A DNA stretch of 64,000 nt. Source: Eutreptiella sp. 'Long Island Sound 2002' (taxonomy: Eukaryota > Protista > Euglenida). Location: assembly GCA_964036045.1 (NCBI GenBank), contig OZ038378.1, positions 185,690,001 to 185,754,000 of the forward strand, given 5' to 3'. The translations under genes and the position numbers were made by a program. Of this stretch, positions 32,851 through 45,759 are shown piece after piece. The notes under the pieces are model-generated. The model was not told where the DNA came from. It ran no database searches and was given only the letters and a program-made list of their open reading frames with translations. Positions within the stretch are counted from its first letter, which is position 1. Every line of letters starts with the position of its first letter.

Positions 32851-34928
32851 GTGCGGTGCTTTGCACGTGTAGGGACTGGAAGGGACATCGGGATGTCGTT
32901 CAGGAGTGAGGTGCTTCTTTCTCACTGTCCTTGAAGAGGGGGATGTCATCCCCCTCGTCCCCCCGTCGGCACCGCGGCTCCGTTCCGCTCCAATCGTCTC
33001 TGTCTCTTTCCCCACAGAGAGGGAGAGAGGGGGCAGATGGCCTTGGCCTTGGCTGGCACCACTGATATGCCGAGCCCTCACGGGGTGCGTGCGCTTTGCT
33101 GACCCCTGCTCCCCCCCCCCCCCCCGCCCCCTGCACTACCCCTGGGAAAGCGTAACAGGGACCGGCGGTTCGAGTTGTCTGTTTGTTTGAAGCCCTCCCA
33201 TGTCCTGCGGAACGCCAGCATCCGTCCCCCCCCCCCCCCCTCTTCAGTCCCCTTTCGGGGGGGGGTTTCCATAGCGTGTGTTACGGTGTAGCACAGCCGC
33301 GTCCAGTGCCACGCCAATTTGTATGATCGTATGGCTTGCATCGAGGTCGCTTTGGGGGCGGGGGCGTGCGGGTGGAAGGGGCAGTGGGGACGCCCTGTGG
33401 GGCCGAAGGGCCGTCCTGTGTCGATTTGCTAACGTCGAGGAGGTGGCCGATCAGGGCGCATGCTCATCTGCCTCACAACCCTCCTACGCGCCCGTGACCT
33501 GCACCTGAGAGGCTCAGGCCCAGCAGTGAACAAGGAGTGTCGGGGCGGGGCTGGGGAGGGTTAGTGGGGTGGGGGTGAAAAGCGCCCCCGAAAACTGGGG
33601 GAAGGGGGGAGAGTCTGGGACAGGCCATTGATCAGTCACCAGCTGGCGTTGGGGCGTGTTTCCAGTTGTGGAGACGTGCGCCCGCACAATGCGAAAAGTG
33701 CGTCCAACATCACGCAAAATCCGTAGCGATTTACGAGCTAAAGGTTAGCGACTTTGGCCACAATACCGACACCGCACATCGTATAGGGTGCAGGGCGGCT
33801 GGTACCGGATGTACATGCAATGCAGAGCTTCTCCCTCAGCATGCGCCCGCATGAGGTGTGGGGTGCTGGCTGTCGTCATGTGGAGCCTGCCCCCCCCCCC
33901 CTTTCTACAATTGTGATGCCCTACCCCTCAGCCATGTGGACCGCCCCCAGGGACCGCTCCAGTTGCCATCAGACCCGTCCGTTCCCCTCCACCAACTGCT
34001 GTCGCGTACCCCCCAATCGTCGTGCTGCGTTTGGCCCCACACCCCACCCTCCCATCACTGTGGCGCCAAGGTGCGGGCATTGGAGGGGGTGGGGTAAGTT
34101 GCCCAATTGTTGAGGTGGGCATTTCATTGTTTTTTCAACATGACTTGAGATCATTTTTGGCGTGCACCAGACCCCACCAAGCGGGAGTCGGGGCAGAAAG
34201 TGCATCATTGCCATATTGATATCCTCTTCTATCGGTTTGTGTGTGCATCCCCTGATACCTCTGATTGTACCCCCACTCAGCTGTGCCACACATGTGGATG
34301 GCAAGCCGGTTGACCAGCAGGTTGCTCGTTGCAGCCGCATGCACCTCATGCCGTGGCCAATGGTGCGGCCCTGGGAGACAGTGAGCGATTTCAGGGAATT
34401 GTACAGATTATGGACATTGGCAAGCATGGCCTCGTGTCAGGGCAACAGTTCATTACGTGCATTGGGTGATAAAAATGGGGACCAATTCTGCACCAAGACC
34501 TGGCTCCCATTGCTTTGGGTGGCGCAGGGCAGTATGTCCTGCCGCATTAGACAGCCGGAGCTCCGTCAGGAGTGCCCTCAGCCAACTTGCCCCTCGTAGC
34601 CAAGGCCCTTTGGGGCAGCACGGCGCCTGCTTAGCGACTGGAGCCTGTAGGCTACCCGATCCATGGCCCCCGGGCTGTCTCAGCACTGGGCTCCTCTACT
34701 ACACTGCTAGGCTCAGACCACTGGGCGAACACAACCCCAACGGCAACTAACTGTCACTCCCTTTGTCTATTATATCTGATGAGGTTGCCCCGTCGGTTCA
34801 TTCCATGTGTTCTCAGGTTTTTTTCCTTTTTGCCCTTCGGTACCTCCCCATCCCAAGGGTTTCATGTGGGTGCTGGTTGGGGCAGTGGTATGGGGCAGTC
34901 CTCGGGCATTTCTGCCTTCTCTTGCCAG

Positions 34929-35081
34929 ACCATCGGGGGAGTATTGCAGGAACTAATCGACGAGGAGATTCCTGACGCAGTGCAGCAGTCGCCAACTGCC
35001 GACGATGTATCCGTGATGTCCATGCCCGAGTACAGAGCCCACCAGCGCCAAGAACTCCTGAGTCGGTTCACGGAGTTGAAG
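34929..35081 (+). CDS. Putative exon 15 (TIGGVLQELIDEEIPDAVQQSPTADDVSVMSMPEYRAHQRQELLSRFTELK)
   Basis: ccttctcttgccag acceptor, AAG|GTTTG donor and 51 open codons. Confidence 0.7.
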
Positions 35082-36762
35082 GTTTGCTGGTGCTGGTAAA
35101 TTCGATGCAGAGCTAACAAAAGTCCTCCTGGTGACCTGCCCCTCCTCAGCACATGCAGGAGGGGCAGGGTTTTGCTGAGTGCTTGGCCTACCCTGCGGGG
35201 TATTTCAGAAATTCTGGATGTGTGGGTCTCCAACAACCCACCACCTCTCCCCCCGTGGTGGTGGGTCGTTTGGGTAGGGTTTGTGTCCTCTAGTGAAATA
35301 TTGAAACAATCTTTTTTATCTCAAGTAAAACTGAGTGACAAAAAACGCTTTCATCTCAATTCTTTTCCATGCATTTACAGTATACTATCATCCTGCCTCA
35401 CCAGTCGGAGCATTCACAGAGCTGGTAGGTGCTTTTCTGGTTGTAAATCATTTTTTTACTGGAGGTAAAAAAGTGGACTTTTTACTAGGGTTTACTAGAG
35501 ATAAATGGTATTTTCTTCATCAATTTTACCAGGGATAAACAACTGTTTTTTTTTGTATGCAGTTGTACTAGGGATAACGCAGGTTGTCTTTTCCATGCAT
35601 TTACAGTTTTTTCTAAATTATCATCCGGCCACACTAGTCAGAGCATTTGAGATTCGCAGAGCTGGTGTGTGCTTTTCTCGTAAATGGTGATTTTAGTGTG
35701 ATGCCTCCAGCGCTGATAGACGCCCCCCAAGTTTTTCAGTAATCCGAATCAGTTGTAGCGCTAGAGCCAACGAGACTAAAGCAGGCATTGGGCTCCAGGC
35801 TCCCGGCGTTTGATGTGTCTGAGGAAAAGCTGTACAACACCTGCATGGTGAGGCATGTTGAATATTTTCTTTTGCCTCACAGATAGGGCGAAGTGGCACC
35901 TGACAAAGGGAGGATTCATGAGTGGACGGGCAGTGTGCCCCAGAGGGTGCAGTGAACAAAATATTTGGATTTTCGGGGGCTGCAGTCAAGCTGAGTTGAA
36001 AAAAAAAGAGATTTCTCTCGAGAACAACTGAGTATATCAAATTCGAGTCAGGAATTTTTTGTCTGTGGCAAAACGGAATGAAAAGGAAAATTTGACCAAT
36101 TTTATTATGCAAAAGAAGTTTCTTAAAACACTGAGTAACGGTTTGACGTTTGAAGAATGGTCTTGACTATGGGACAACATTTTTTTTTACTGTGCTTACT
36201 GGAGATACTTTTTTCACGGAGTTTTACTGGAGATGGAAGATAAAACAAAGATGACTGATAAAATGGTTTTTTTTAGGTATTTTGTGAAAAGATTTTTTCT
36301 CAGTTTTACCAAGTCAAAAGCAAACAGACAAAATGACATACATGCGTGATTGTTTAGCCTACGTGGGGTGCCATTGTGAAGAGTGGCCAGGAAATGACCT
36401 GAGGGGCACTATGCCCGTCAAAAAAATATCATCTACCAAGGGTGGCAAGCAGCTTCTGACCTGTTGCCCCCCCCCCCCCCCCCCGATACCGAGGCCTTGT
36501 GCCCCCCCCCCCCCCTGCCTTCACATTTCTGTTGCAAGAAGACAAGACCAGAATGTTTTCAAGCCAAAAACAAACAAGGATTATTCTACTCAGTTTCCAG
36601 TCAAAATCTGTGTGAACCCGAGTGAAGTATTTGTGGTGTTACTTTTATTTTGCAAAACAAAAAGATGCAGTTTTACAAGATGTTCCTCATTTTTACCAAC
36701 GTTCCATGGTCCTCCTCGATTGCGTACTCAGTTTTACCAAATGGCCCCAGCAGCAGCTGGGG

Positions 36763-37634
36763 CCCGGCGGATTTAACCGCACCTGGGTTCGGCGTACTTA
36801 TCAGCTCGGCGGACCTTCGGCCAGCCGATCGGCCGGACTTTCGGCGGGCCGAAGGTACGGTTTAATCCGTCACCCCCCCTTGTACTATTACCCCCAAATA
36901 CTAACAACCCCCCCCCCCCCCTATTATTACTAACCATTACCATTAATTACCATTGATCCCCTATTATTACTAACAAGACTCCGTCACCCCCCCCCCCCTT
37001 TTGGCATACTACAAATTCCCCCACCCCCCGTTCCCCTTAATCCCACACAGAAGGCGGTGCACACACAAGGCGTAACACACAAAAGGCGGTCTGTGGCCAC
37101 CGCAGGAGTCATGTTATTGAAGGGGCCACAGGCAGGGCGGTACACACAGAAGGCGGTGCACACACAAGGCGGAACACACAAAAGGCGGAACACACAAAAG
37201 GCGGAACACACAAAAGGCGGTCTGTGGCCACCGCAGGAGTCATGTTCTTGAAGGGGCCACAGGCAAGGCATTACACACAGAAGGCGGTGCACACACAAGG
37301 CGGAATACACAAAAGGCGGTCTGTGGCCACCGCAGCAGTCATGTTCTTGAAGGGGCCACAGGCAAGGCGGGCCACCGCAGGCGTCTTGTTATTAATATAC
37401 GGGGGGGGGGGTTGTTAGTATATGGGGGTGTTATTACAAGGGGGGGTGACGGATTAAACTGTACCTTTGGCCGGCCGAAGGTCCGGCCGGACTTCCGGCC
37501 ATTTTTTCGGCCAAAACAAGGGGGGGGGTGACGGATTAAACCGTACTTTCGGCCGGCCGAAAGTACGCCGAGCCGATAAGTACGCCGAGCCGATAGGTAC
37601 GCCGAACCCCAGGTACGGTTTAATCCGGTGAGCT
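36763..37634. mobile_element. Foldback/MITE with long compound inverted arms and a possible 11-bp target duplication
   Basis: 36766-36920 is the inverted counterpart of 37410-37628 (GGATTAAACCGTAC, GTTCGGCGTAC and GTCACCCCCCCTTGTA motifs). AGCAGCTGGGG occurs at both 36752-62 and 37635-45. The core has three ACACAGAAGGCGG.. repeats. Confidence 0.75.
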
Positions 37635-38344
37635 AGCAGCTGGGGTGTCTTGTCATCCCGCTTTTGGAAGAAAAGACTCAATCATCATCATCATTAATTC
37701 TGAGGCTTTGTGGAAGAGGAGAAAGTGAATGCAAGGATTCTCACAAACAATTGTTTGTGCCCCAGCACCCAGCAGGATGGGCAGCAGCACACTTTGCACA
37801 GCAATGTGCATCAGTTGATTTCCAGCACCATACAACCTCTGCCATTTTCCATGGCCTTTGCAGCGCTGCATGACTGTAAGCACCATTCAAGCAAGTGCTA
37901 GTTGTTTGGTGTTTACACAGGACCATCTCATTGTGCTGCTGGTGTTCAACCAGCGCTATCCTTTGGTGTTACATGCATGGTTCACAGCCTCATAATAACC
38001 AGCTTTAACCGCCTTTTTGTCCCAAAGGACAATCTGTCATTTGCAGAGCCTCAGCGTATCCTCTCCCCACCATCCCTGAACCCTTTTGTGATTTCGCCCA
38101 CAGAATGTTGAACACTAGAAGTGGGATGGCATCTTGGGCAGCGCCAATCTGCTGCAGTAGTCCCTGCAACCGAACCACAATGGTGCCACACCGGCACCAT
38201 GTGTCTGGGTGCGCATGCACGCAAGTCCTCCTTGTCCCATTGCACATGATCCCATCCCTCCTCACACTACACGCGCCATGCAGCGGTTTCCGAGTTCGCT
38301 CTATTCCGCCCCCGCACACACAAACACCGTCATTTGCTATTCAG

Positions 38345-38411
38345 AGCCATCTTCTCGAACAAATCTCTGATGACGCTGAACCTTCCATTAACCCCAAGGA
38401 AGTGCAGGAGG
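38345..38411 (+). CDS. Putative exon 16 (SHLLEQISDDAEPSINPKEVQE)
   Basis: ctattcag acceptor. The donor at 38412 was chosen for phase compatibility; an alternative lies at 38429. Confidence 0.6.
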
Positions 38412-38565
38412 GTCTTCGTCGATCGCCGGTTTGTTTGTTACTCATGCCCAATTATCTTGGGAGAAATGGTAAACGGAAGGGCGGAAGTGAAGTGGGAAAG
38501 GGGACAAGGGACGTGTTTTTGCAGGCCAAAAAGAAAGTAAGAACGGGGGGGGGGCTGACAGGAAG

Positions 38566-38801
38566 GTGTTGTGTTGTGTGGTGTGGTGTGTTGTGTTGTG
38601 TTGTGGTGTGGTGTGGTGTGTTGTGCTGTGTTGTGTTGTGTTGTGCTGTGTTGTGTTGTGTTGTGCTGTGTTGTGTTGTGTTGTGCTGTGTTGTGTTGTG
38701 TTGTGCTGTGTTGTGTTGTGTTGTGTTGTGTTGTGTTGTGTTGTGTTTTGCGTCGTGTTGTGTTGTGTTGTGTTGTGTTGTGTTGTGTTGTGTTGTGTTG
38801 T
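38566..38801. repeat. (GTGTT)n microsatellite
   Basis: Direct reading. Confidence 0.97.
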
Positions 38802-39184
38802 GTGAAGGACCCCCCCCCCCCCTCTTAAAGGACCCCCAAAAGGAGCAAGGACCCCCTTGAAGGAGCCCTTGAAGGAATTTAGTAAAGGACCCTAGTGAAT
38901 GACCTCTCTGAAGAATACCATGAAGGTCACCCCTAAAGGACCACCTTGGGGGGTGCTTATCCTGCGGTGCGGAGTTTGGGGAATTATCCTGGAATACAAG
39001 CAATATAGTGGTACGTGCACACATGCACTTTTTATGTAATATATACCCCTATACACCTTTTTCTTTTTCTTACATTTTTGGGCCTCTTCCCCCCACAAAT
39101 GGTGCCTTTGTGGACTGTCCCCAATATGGCATTGGCCGTGTATGAGCTTTGAGGTGTCCCGCTTTGGGCACTCGTGAGATGGTA

Positions 39185-39535
39185 GGGGTTATGTAGCCAT
39201 TTCTGAATTAGTCCCCATTGTTGGGGACCCCCGAGAAGGCAAGGGCTGTGTAGCCATTCCTCCCAATTCGGGCCCCCGAGAAGGTAGGGGTGATGTAGCT
39301 ACTTCTGATTTTGTCCCCATTGTTGGGGGACCCCCGAGAACGCAGGGGTTTTGTAGCCCATCCGCCCAATTCCGGGCCCCCGAGAGGGCAGGGGTGATGT
39401 AGCCACTTCTGATTTTGTCCCCATTGTTGGGGGACCCCTGAGAAGGCAGGGGTTATGTAGCCATTCCACCCAATTCCGGCCCCCCGAGAGGGCAGGGGTG
39501 ATGTAGCCACTTTTGATGTTGTCCCCATTGTTGCG
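39185..39535. repeat. Two-subunit minisatellite (period about 103 bp) inside the transposon
   Basis: Alternating GGGGTGATGTAGCCACTTCTGATTTTGTCCCCATTGTTGGGG and GGGGTTATGTAGCCATTCC.CCCAATTC.GG.CCCCGAGA subunits. Confidence 0.9.
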
Positions 39536-39542
39536 GCGCAAG

Positions 39543-40210
39543 CAAATAGCCCGCATTGGTGTGGATGCCCACACGGCCAAGGAGCTGTACTACAAGTACG
39601 GACACAAGGGAAGCCATTTTGAAGAACGCAAGGCCTTTTTCCGGTTCCTCTACATCCTCAAGCACAACCCCGGCTTCGACAATGCGCAATAGCAAACCCA
39701 CGCCGGCGAATGCAATCGTATGGTCTGGGAAGAGTTTTGGATCTGCCTGGAATACTTCTTGCAGCACGCGAATGAGTCGGACTTCGAGGGAAGGTTCAAC
39801 AAGCACAACCGCACACCCCTCTTCCCGTACTTGGTGTCACTCATTGGGGACTGCTTCCCTGTTGGGTCAACCGGTGGTGCCATCGATGACGTGTTGTTCC
39901 AGCCCATGTATGAGGACGAGGTCTACAAGTTGTTGTTGTTGATTGGCCAGCTGGGTCAATACCGTTTAGTTGGCAGGCTTGCGAAGTGACACACGGATCT
40001 TGAAAGAACTTGGGCCCTAGCTCAAACACCTCAAGCCGGGGGAGGTGATCATGCTTGATGGCGGTTTCCCCGGGGAGGAGCGTATCTTGCAACTCCACCG
40101 GATGGTCCATGCTATGGTTCACATGCAACAATTCATCAACAAGCGCAACGTTAAGTATGAGCCCTACGGTCCATGGGGCCATTTCCCAAAGTGGATGTTC
40201 GGGACAAAAC
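39543..40210 (+). pseudogene. HTH plus DDE_Tnp_4-like transposase, inactivated by stops and a frameshift
   Basis: FFRFLYILKHNPGFD (HTH-like), SLIGDCFPV (first D), LFQPMY..EVYKLLLLIG and GEVIMLDGGFPG (second D). Stops at 39690, 39987 and 40018; an acidic S/D tract follows. Confidence 0.78.
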
Positions 40211-43200
40211 CTTGTTCCGTTGACAGTGATTCGTCCACATCCGACTCGGACTCGGACTTTGACTCCAACTCAGATTCTCACTCTAGCTCCAACCCCAACT
40301 CCAATACCGATTTTGACTCAGGGTTGAGCTTGACCTCATGCTCCACGACCCTCTGTTGTCCGAACCCAACTACTCACCTGATGAAGAGTGGTCTTTATTA
40401 TAAGCAAAACGCGAAACGACTGGAAACAAATGTCATCGGGGATGGGCTCCCTTTGACCAACCTTCGAAATGCGAAACGACTCAAAACGCCTACATCATGG
40501 GATTGGGCACCCTATGATGTAGGGGGTCAAGCAACAAAGTGTGATGGTGGGACCGATGTTGTGCTATGGTGGGGGGATTGGACGTACATTGTGCGGCACA
40601 TTGCACATCCCAGAATGCACTCAATGCTTCTTTTGAAAAAAATCCGTGCTAGTTTGTGAACCTCTCAATAAATCTAGACATTGTTCAAATAAGTAGTGTT
40701 TGTTGTTGATGTGCACGCAAAACAACCATGTAATGCCGCGAGACACACCCATACACACTTACACACTTACACACAATCACGGCACAACAGAGGGCTCATG
40801 TCCAATCATACCAGTTGCCTGATTCATGGGGTATAGGGGAAGGAGTAGCATTCTGACCGAGGGGTTGACGTCCCTCCTCTTTGACCACAGTAGAAGGGTG
40901 GGATTCCCTACCATGCTTTGCACGTTGAGCCGGGGCTGTGGTCTCTCACTTTGTAGAGAGTGATGTTGTCAATAGATCAGCATGCACAGACTTTTTTTGT
41001 TCTGGTGTATATTTCTTGACAGTGTACACGAAAGCTAATTACCCTTACTTTGCGGTGCGCAGTAAGCGCTCCCTTGCATGATCTCTTTGCGGGACCCACA
41101 AGGAATCCCCGTGAAGGATCCCCCAACAAGACCCCATGAAGGCCCCCACTTGAGGACCCTTTCAAATCCCTCCCACCATGCTTCCACTAAAGGACTTGCG
41201 CTATAGGATCTAGGATCTAAGCAGTTTAGACGGTTGTGCAAGTAAGAACGGTTCAAAAATAGCTGAGAGTAGCTTAAAACCACTTGTCCTAGCATCCCAA
41301 AAATTTGAAAAAGCGTGTTTTCGAGGCCCTTTTTGACCTTTTTTTTTTGGTCTCAAAATGGCCCTTTTGAAGGCTAGGTATGGGCTAACACGGGTTGAAC
41401 ACAGCTCAAAGCAGTCAAACACCACTTGTTTATGCACCCCAAGTGTTCTAGGAACAACTCTGGAAGAAAATTTTTACCACTTTTTGACCTACATGTGAAC
41501 CCATCACCTCACCCTAGCAAGTGCGCGATGCACCACTCCTTGGCGCCAATGGGGCATTGAAGGGTGTTAGCAGTGTAGAAATAAGTTGTAAGTGTTCCCA
41601 TTCATCATTGTTCATCACCACAAGGGTCAAGGCTCAAGGCAATACATAGCACTCAAACTTGAAAAAGTAAGCACAGATTGTCACTTGCAACACCAATTTT
41701 GGCCATTTTTGATAAGGGGTCCTTGAGGCCAGAATTCAGGTGCAAAAGCGACAAAGGTGTTTGTTATCATCTAGGTTGTTTCCAATATCGGATCTACCCT
41801 ACACCCCACAAAGGGTTATAACACCTTACTGGTCCTACCAGCTCGGTGACCCAAACCCTAACCCCAGCTGAGATTTTTCTTTTTCTTTGAACCCTGGTGG
41901 TTATTTGTCGGCTGCCAAAGGTGAAAACATGAAAACGATTGTTAACAGCCCGGGCAAACTTTTGGCGCATACAGTGGACGTCATGTGGGGGCGGATGCTA
42001 CCATTTGCCATACCCAGTCACACAGCCAAACCTGGCGATTGGCACTCAAGCCATTGATGAAGTGCCAGTCAAACCCCAAATCTTCACAAGGAATGCGTGT
42101 CACAGAGAATGGTTCCACCAGGCACTTTGCTATTCTAGCCCCACTTGGTGCAAACTGGTAAGAATCGAAACAATTTTTCCGTTTTTGATGTTGTGGATAT
42201 TCAACATGATTCAAAAGCACCTCCGAGAGGTGCTTTGACGCGTTGTCGGCTTTGCTGTTACGTCTCTAAAGCTGAGGTTGATTGTTTGCGATTTATTGGT
42301 TGAATACTCATGGCTGTTGACAGCTGAGTGCCTGCATGTATGAATCAAATGCATGCATCAATTGTAGGCCAAGCGTTCGGGGTACCGCACGTCTCCTGCA
42401 AATTCGTCTCGGTCATCGACACGAAACCGGTCTGCGTCACCAACACGGAACCGGTCTGTGTCCCCAATAGAGAACCGGTCTGCAACGCCAACGTATGTGC
42501 TGCCGGTTGGGCTGGTTGTTGCTGTTCTCAGAGCTTGGTCTCTTTCAAAGTGAAACAGATGAGACTCAAGATTGCACGCATGCGCGCGTGGAGCCTGCCG
42601 CGCAGGGTTAGGGTGCAGTGCCTCCTTCCTGCCTGACTGTGGCGATACAGCTTTCTGAAAGGGAACCACGATGAAAGAAGCAACCGGGTGCGGGATTGTT
42701 GGCATGGCGTTGCCTGCCGAAGCGCGCGTCTCTGAAGTGCTTGTAAATTCTCTGTGACGCCTTCCGATCAATTTGGACCAAAACCATTGTCCGCGCGCAT
42801 ATATTCCTCACGCACTTTGATGCCAGCCTTGTGCGCTCACTGTGCCCGGATGTGGTGTGCTGCACCGCGTGCGCATGGCATGGGCCACATGAGAACAAAT
42901 CAGTGTGCAGCCTCAAATGCTTTTGAAGCACTATTGATTGTATTCGTGGTCAAAGCAGCGGCTTCTCTCTCTGAAACCCGGGTTCAGTCGTGGCTGGGGT
43001 GTGTTTTGACGCGTTGATGAATCATCAGTTAGTGCAATTCGAATGGCAGCTTGGCCAATTTCCCTGCATTTTCAGCCCGATGATGAAGGTGCATTGTCCT
43101 ACGTAGTGTACAATGAATTGTTGTTCTGTTGCTTCAGGCGTTGTGGAAGTTTGGTGTAGTGATTCGGGGTTTTGTGTTGCATTGAGACTGCCTCGGTTCT

Positions 43201-43898
43201 TTGGAGGGGTTGGGGGTCCCACCTCCTGGGGAATGGTGGGTGTTTGCCATGTTCGGTGCTCAAAGCGTTGCACCTGATGAGCTGATTCTGTTGACAAAGT
43301 GGGTGCGGCACCTCGCAGGACAGGACGGGTGTTTCGAATCGGAAGTGTTACACCTCGAAGGGAAGATTGATGGGTTGAGGGTTGAGGTCACATCTTACAG
43401 GAAAGGGAGGAGTTACACGACAGAGGCAGGGCTGTTGGAATGAGGGTTGATGTTTTAGTGTGCACTAAGCTCATGCGTGGTACAATGAGCTGGGCTCTCA
43501 GGTCACAACCCGTACTCTGATGCGCGCCCGGACGGAACGCCCCCCTCCCCCGTGCTCACACAGACCACCAATTTCCCATGGCACACCCGCGTGTCCGAAT
43601 CCGGACTTGCTCGAGCTGCTGGACTCCGTTACGCCCCCGTCCGGCTCTCCACTCCAACCCCGTGCGTCAATCACGGTCCCTGTGGCGACCCCGGCCCAGA
43701 CGTCCCCGCATTCCTCCGCACCGCCCGCGACTTCTAAGGCGTTCCCGGCGGCCACAAAGCCGTGCGATGTACCAGCAGGCGACGCTGTGGCTGCCGGCAC
43801 TGCCACCGCCGCACCCCTGGACCCCGATGCGTGGCTCAACCCACTGTCTGGCCCTTCTGCTTCACAACTGTACTCAGGTCTGCCTACGTCCTGGGAGT

Positions 43899-44080
43899 GT
43901 AACCGACGGCGATTGGAGGGTAACCGATGGCGGTTGCAGGGTAACTGTCGGCGGTTGCAGGGTAACTGGTGGCCGTTGGAGAGTAAGTGATGGCGGTTGT
44001 AGGGTAACTGAGCGCGTTCCGAAGGTAACTGAGGGTTGTTGGCCGACGGCTGTTGGAGGGTAACTGATTGTGGATGGTAA
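43899..44080. repeat. 21-bp minisatellite (GGGTAACCGACGGCGGTTGGA-like)
   Basis: About 6-8 degenerate units; related motifs in reverse orientation at 1270-1325 and 18865-18935. Confidence 0.8.
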
Positions 44081-45357
44081 TTTGTGGGTCGACAATTTGG
44101 GCTGTCCCAAGGGGGGCTCTTGAATGCAAAACCAAACAAACAAACAATTGTCAGTCCTTCGGGAGGGAGGGGGGAGCCCCCTGGCCGGTGCCTGAGCTCT
44201 CGTAAACGATGGAAGCAGGGACCAGGGGTCTTTACATGGGACAGGGTGCTTGGGTTTTTTTTGTTGTGAGGTCAAAGAAAGTCGAGGGACACGATTGGGC
44301 AGCTGTGTTGTCAACCGACGGCGGTTGGCGATTGGCGTTCGACTGACGTTTTTCGGTGGTCGGCCGCCGGCAGTTGCCGAACCAACAGGTCATGGCGCAG
44401 AAAAAGGTGGGGTTTTTGTTGTCAGGGAAAGTCTTGATAGGGTCAGGCCTGTTCCCTGAAACTGGAGATGTTTCTGTTGCTCCGAGGCATGGGGGGCGCA
44501 ATCGTTGTTGGGCAACGGCAGTCAGCACATTGCCACTACGCGGGCACCCCCCCCCCCCCTCCCCCCAGCGAGTGCCCTCCGTTCAAAGCCTAGGCACCGC
44601 CCCACTCCAGCAATCTACAGCCAAAGCGCTGGAACCGCTGCCCTCCAACCCCCCTACCCCCCCCCAACAAACGGGGGCAGAAAGTGAACGGACCCCCCCC
44701 CCCCCACGGGCCACGCTCAGTGTGACGCAAGCCTCAGCATTCCAAACTTGTCATGCTGCCCCCCCCCCCCCCCCCGGTGGTGCAGGGCACTGGCGCAAGT
44801 CTCCCTGCAGTGGACTTGGGGCTGTGGAGCACCTCTAATCCGGGAACACAGGGTCCCATCCCTGTCCAATTTTTACACGAAGGCATCGCTCGCACCCAAA
44901 CCCAGGCAGCCCAAATTGGGTCTGACATGGGTCAGAAATTGGCCTAAAAGTAGGATGCCGAAATGAGTGTGTTTCGCTTGGAGCCCGTGAGGACGAGTTA
45001 TGGCGCCCCTGCAACACTATGCCTCCGAGTGCACCGCATTGCTGATCACATTGGCGAGCATATCCCCATGCTTGCAGTTGATCATGTGTTCTTGCCCTCC
45101 CCAGGCCTGCAGTTGAAGGAGCGTATGACAATGGGTTCCTGTGGCGAATGGTTACAAAACCGGTTGGCCGCCGTTGGGAAAGTGGTTGGGGGGCAGGAGG
45201 CGGCAGTTACAAAACCGTTGCAGCTGCAGTTCACAGTTGGAGTTACAAGCATACGTCTGGGTGTGACTGACTATTAGTCTGTTTGGGGTTAACCCCCCCC
45301 CCCCCCCGGCCCTCCCCTTCCCCTCACCCACATCCTCTACAACCGTTTCCATTGCAG

Positions 45358-45467
45358 ATGACGACTCCCGGTCCGTCCAAGAGCACAACTCCTTCCTGCC
45401 ACCCCCGATGCAGTTCAAGCGGCGCCCCATTAGAGAGAGTGTAGAGTACATCCCCCTTGGCACCAAG
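45358..45467 (+). CDS. Putative exon 17 (DDSRSVQEHNSFLPPPMQFKRRPIRESVEYIPLGTK)
   Basis: tttccattgcag acceptor and AAG|GTGCA donor. It could instead read through to the TGA at 45608. Confidence 0.55.
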
Positions 45468-45759
45468 GTGCATCACAATGTGCTGCCTGTATATCTGGAG
45501 GCCAGCAGCGACTGCCACGAACTACAGAGGCAGGCGGTGGAGCAGGACCCTCGTCAAGTACCTTCTAATCTCCATTGCATAGCTCAGGGTTTGGGGATCA
45601 TGTGTTGATGGTTTAGGGCACCCGATCGACGACCTGATGTTGACCTGATGTCATCTGATGTGCCTACTATTTATCAAATCACCTGCATCCATCTGGACAC
45701 GGCGACTGGGGGGCCTGAAAGGGGTTTCGGCAGGAAAATCGCCCCACCATTCCCCTTCT

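Larger units (their letters stand above)
38950..41073 (+). mobile_element. Long copy of a Harbinger/ISL2EU-like family carrying a transposase pseudogene
   Basis: A left module of about 230 bp and a right module of about 90 bp are shared with 47102-47773 and 51048-51700. Ends are GGGGTGCTT / AAGCGCTCCC. Confidence 0.75.

Noticed and set aside
33155-33185. tRNA (GGTTCGAG T-loop-like word)
   Set aside because: No cloverleaf and no A-box. No rRNA, 5S or spliced-leader sequence was recognised anywhere in the window.
34770-34830. Hammerhead ribozyme (CTGATGA core); also at about 40378 and 43275
   Set aside because: No properly placed GAAA and no supporting stems.
26139-40020. RIP-like CpA-to-TpA mutation suggested by TAG stops in TE relics
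   Set aside because: Ascertainment bias: single transitions to stop codons necessarily arise from CAA, CAG, CGA or TGG. A proper substitution spectrum is needed.
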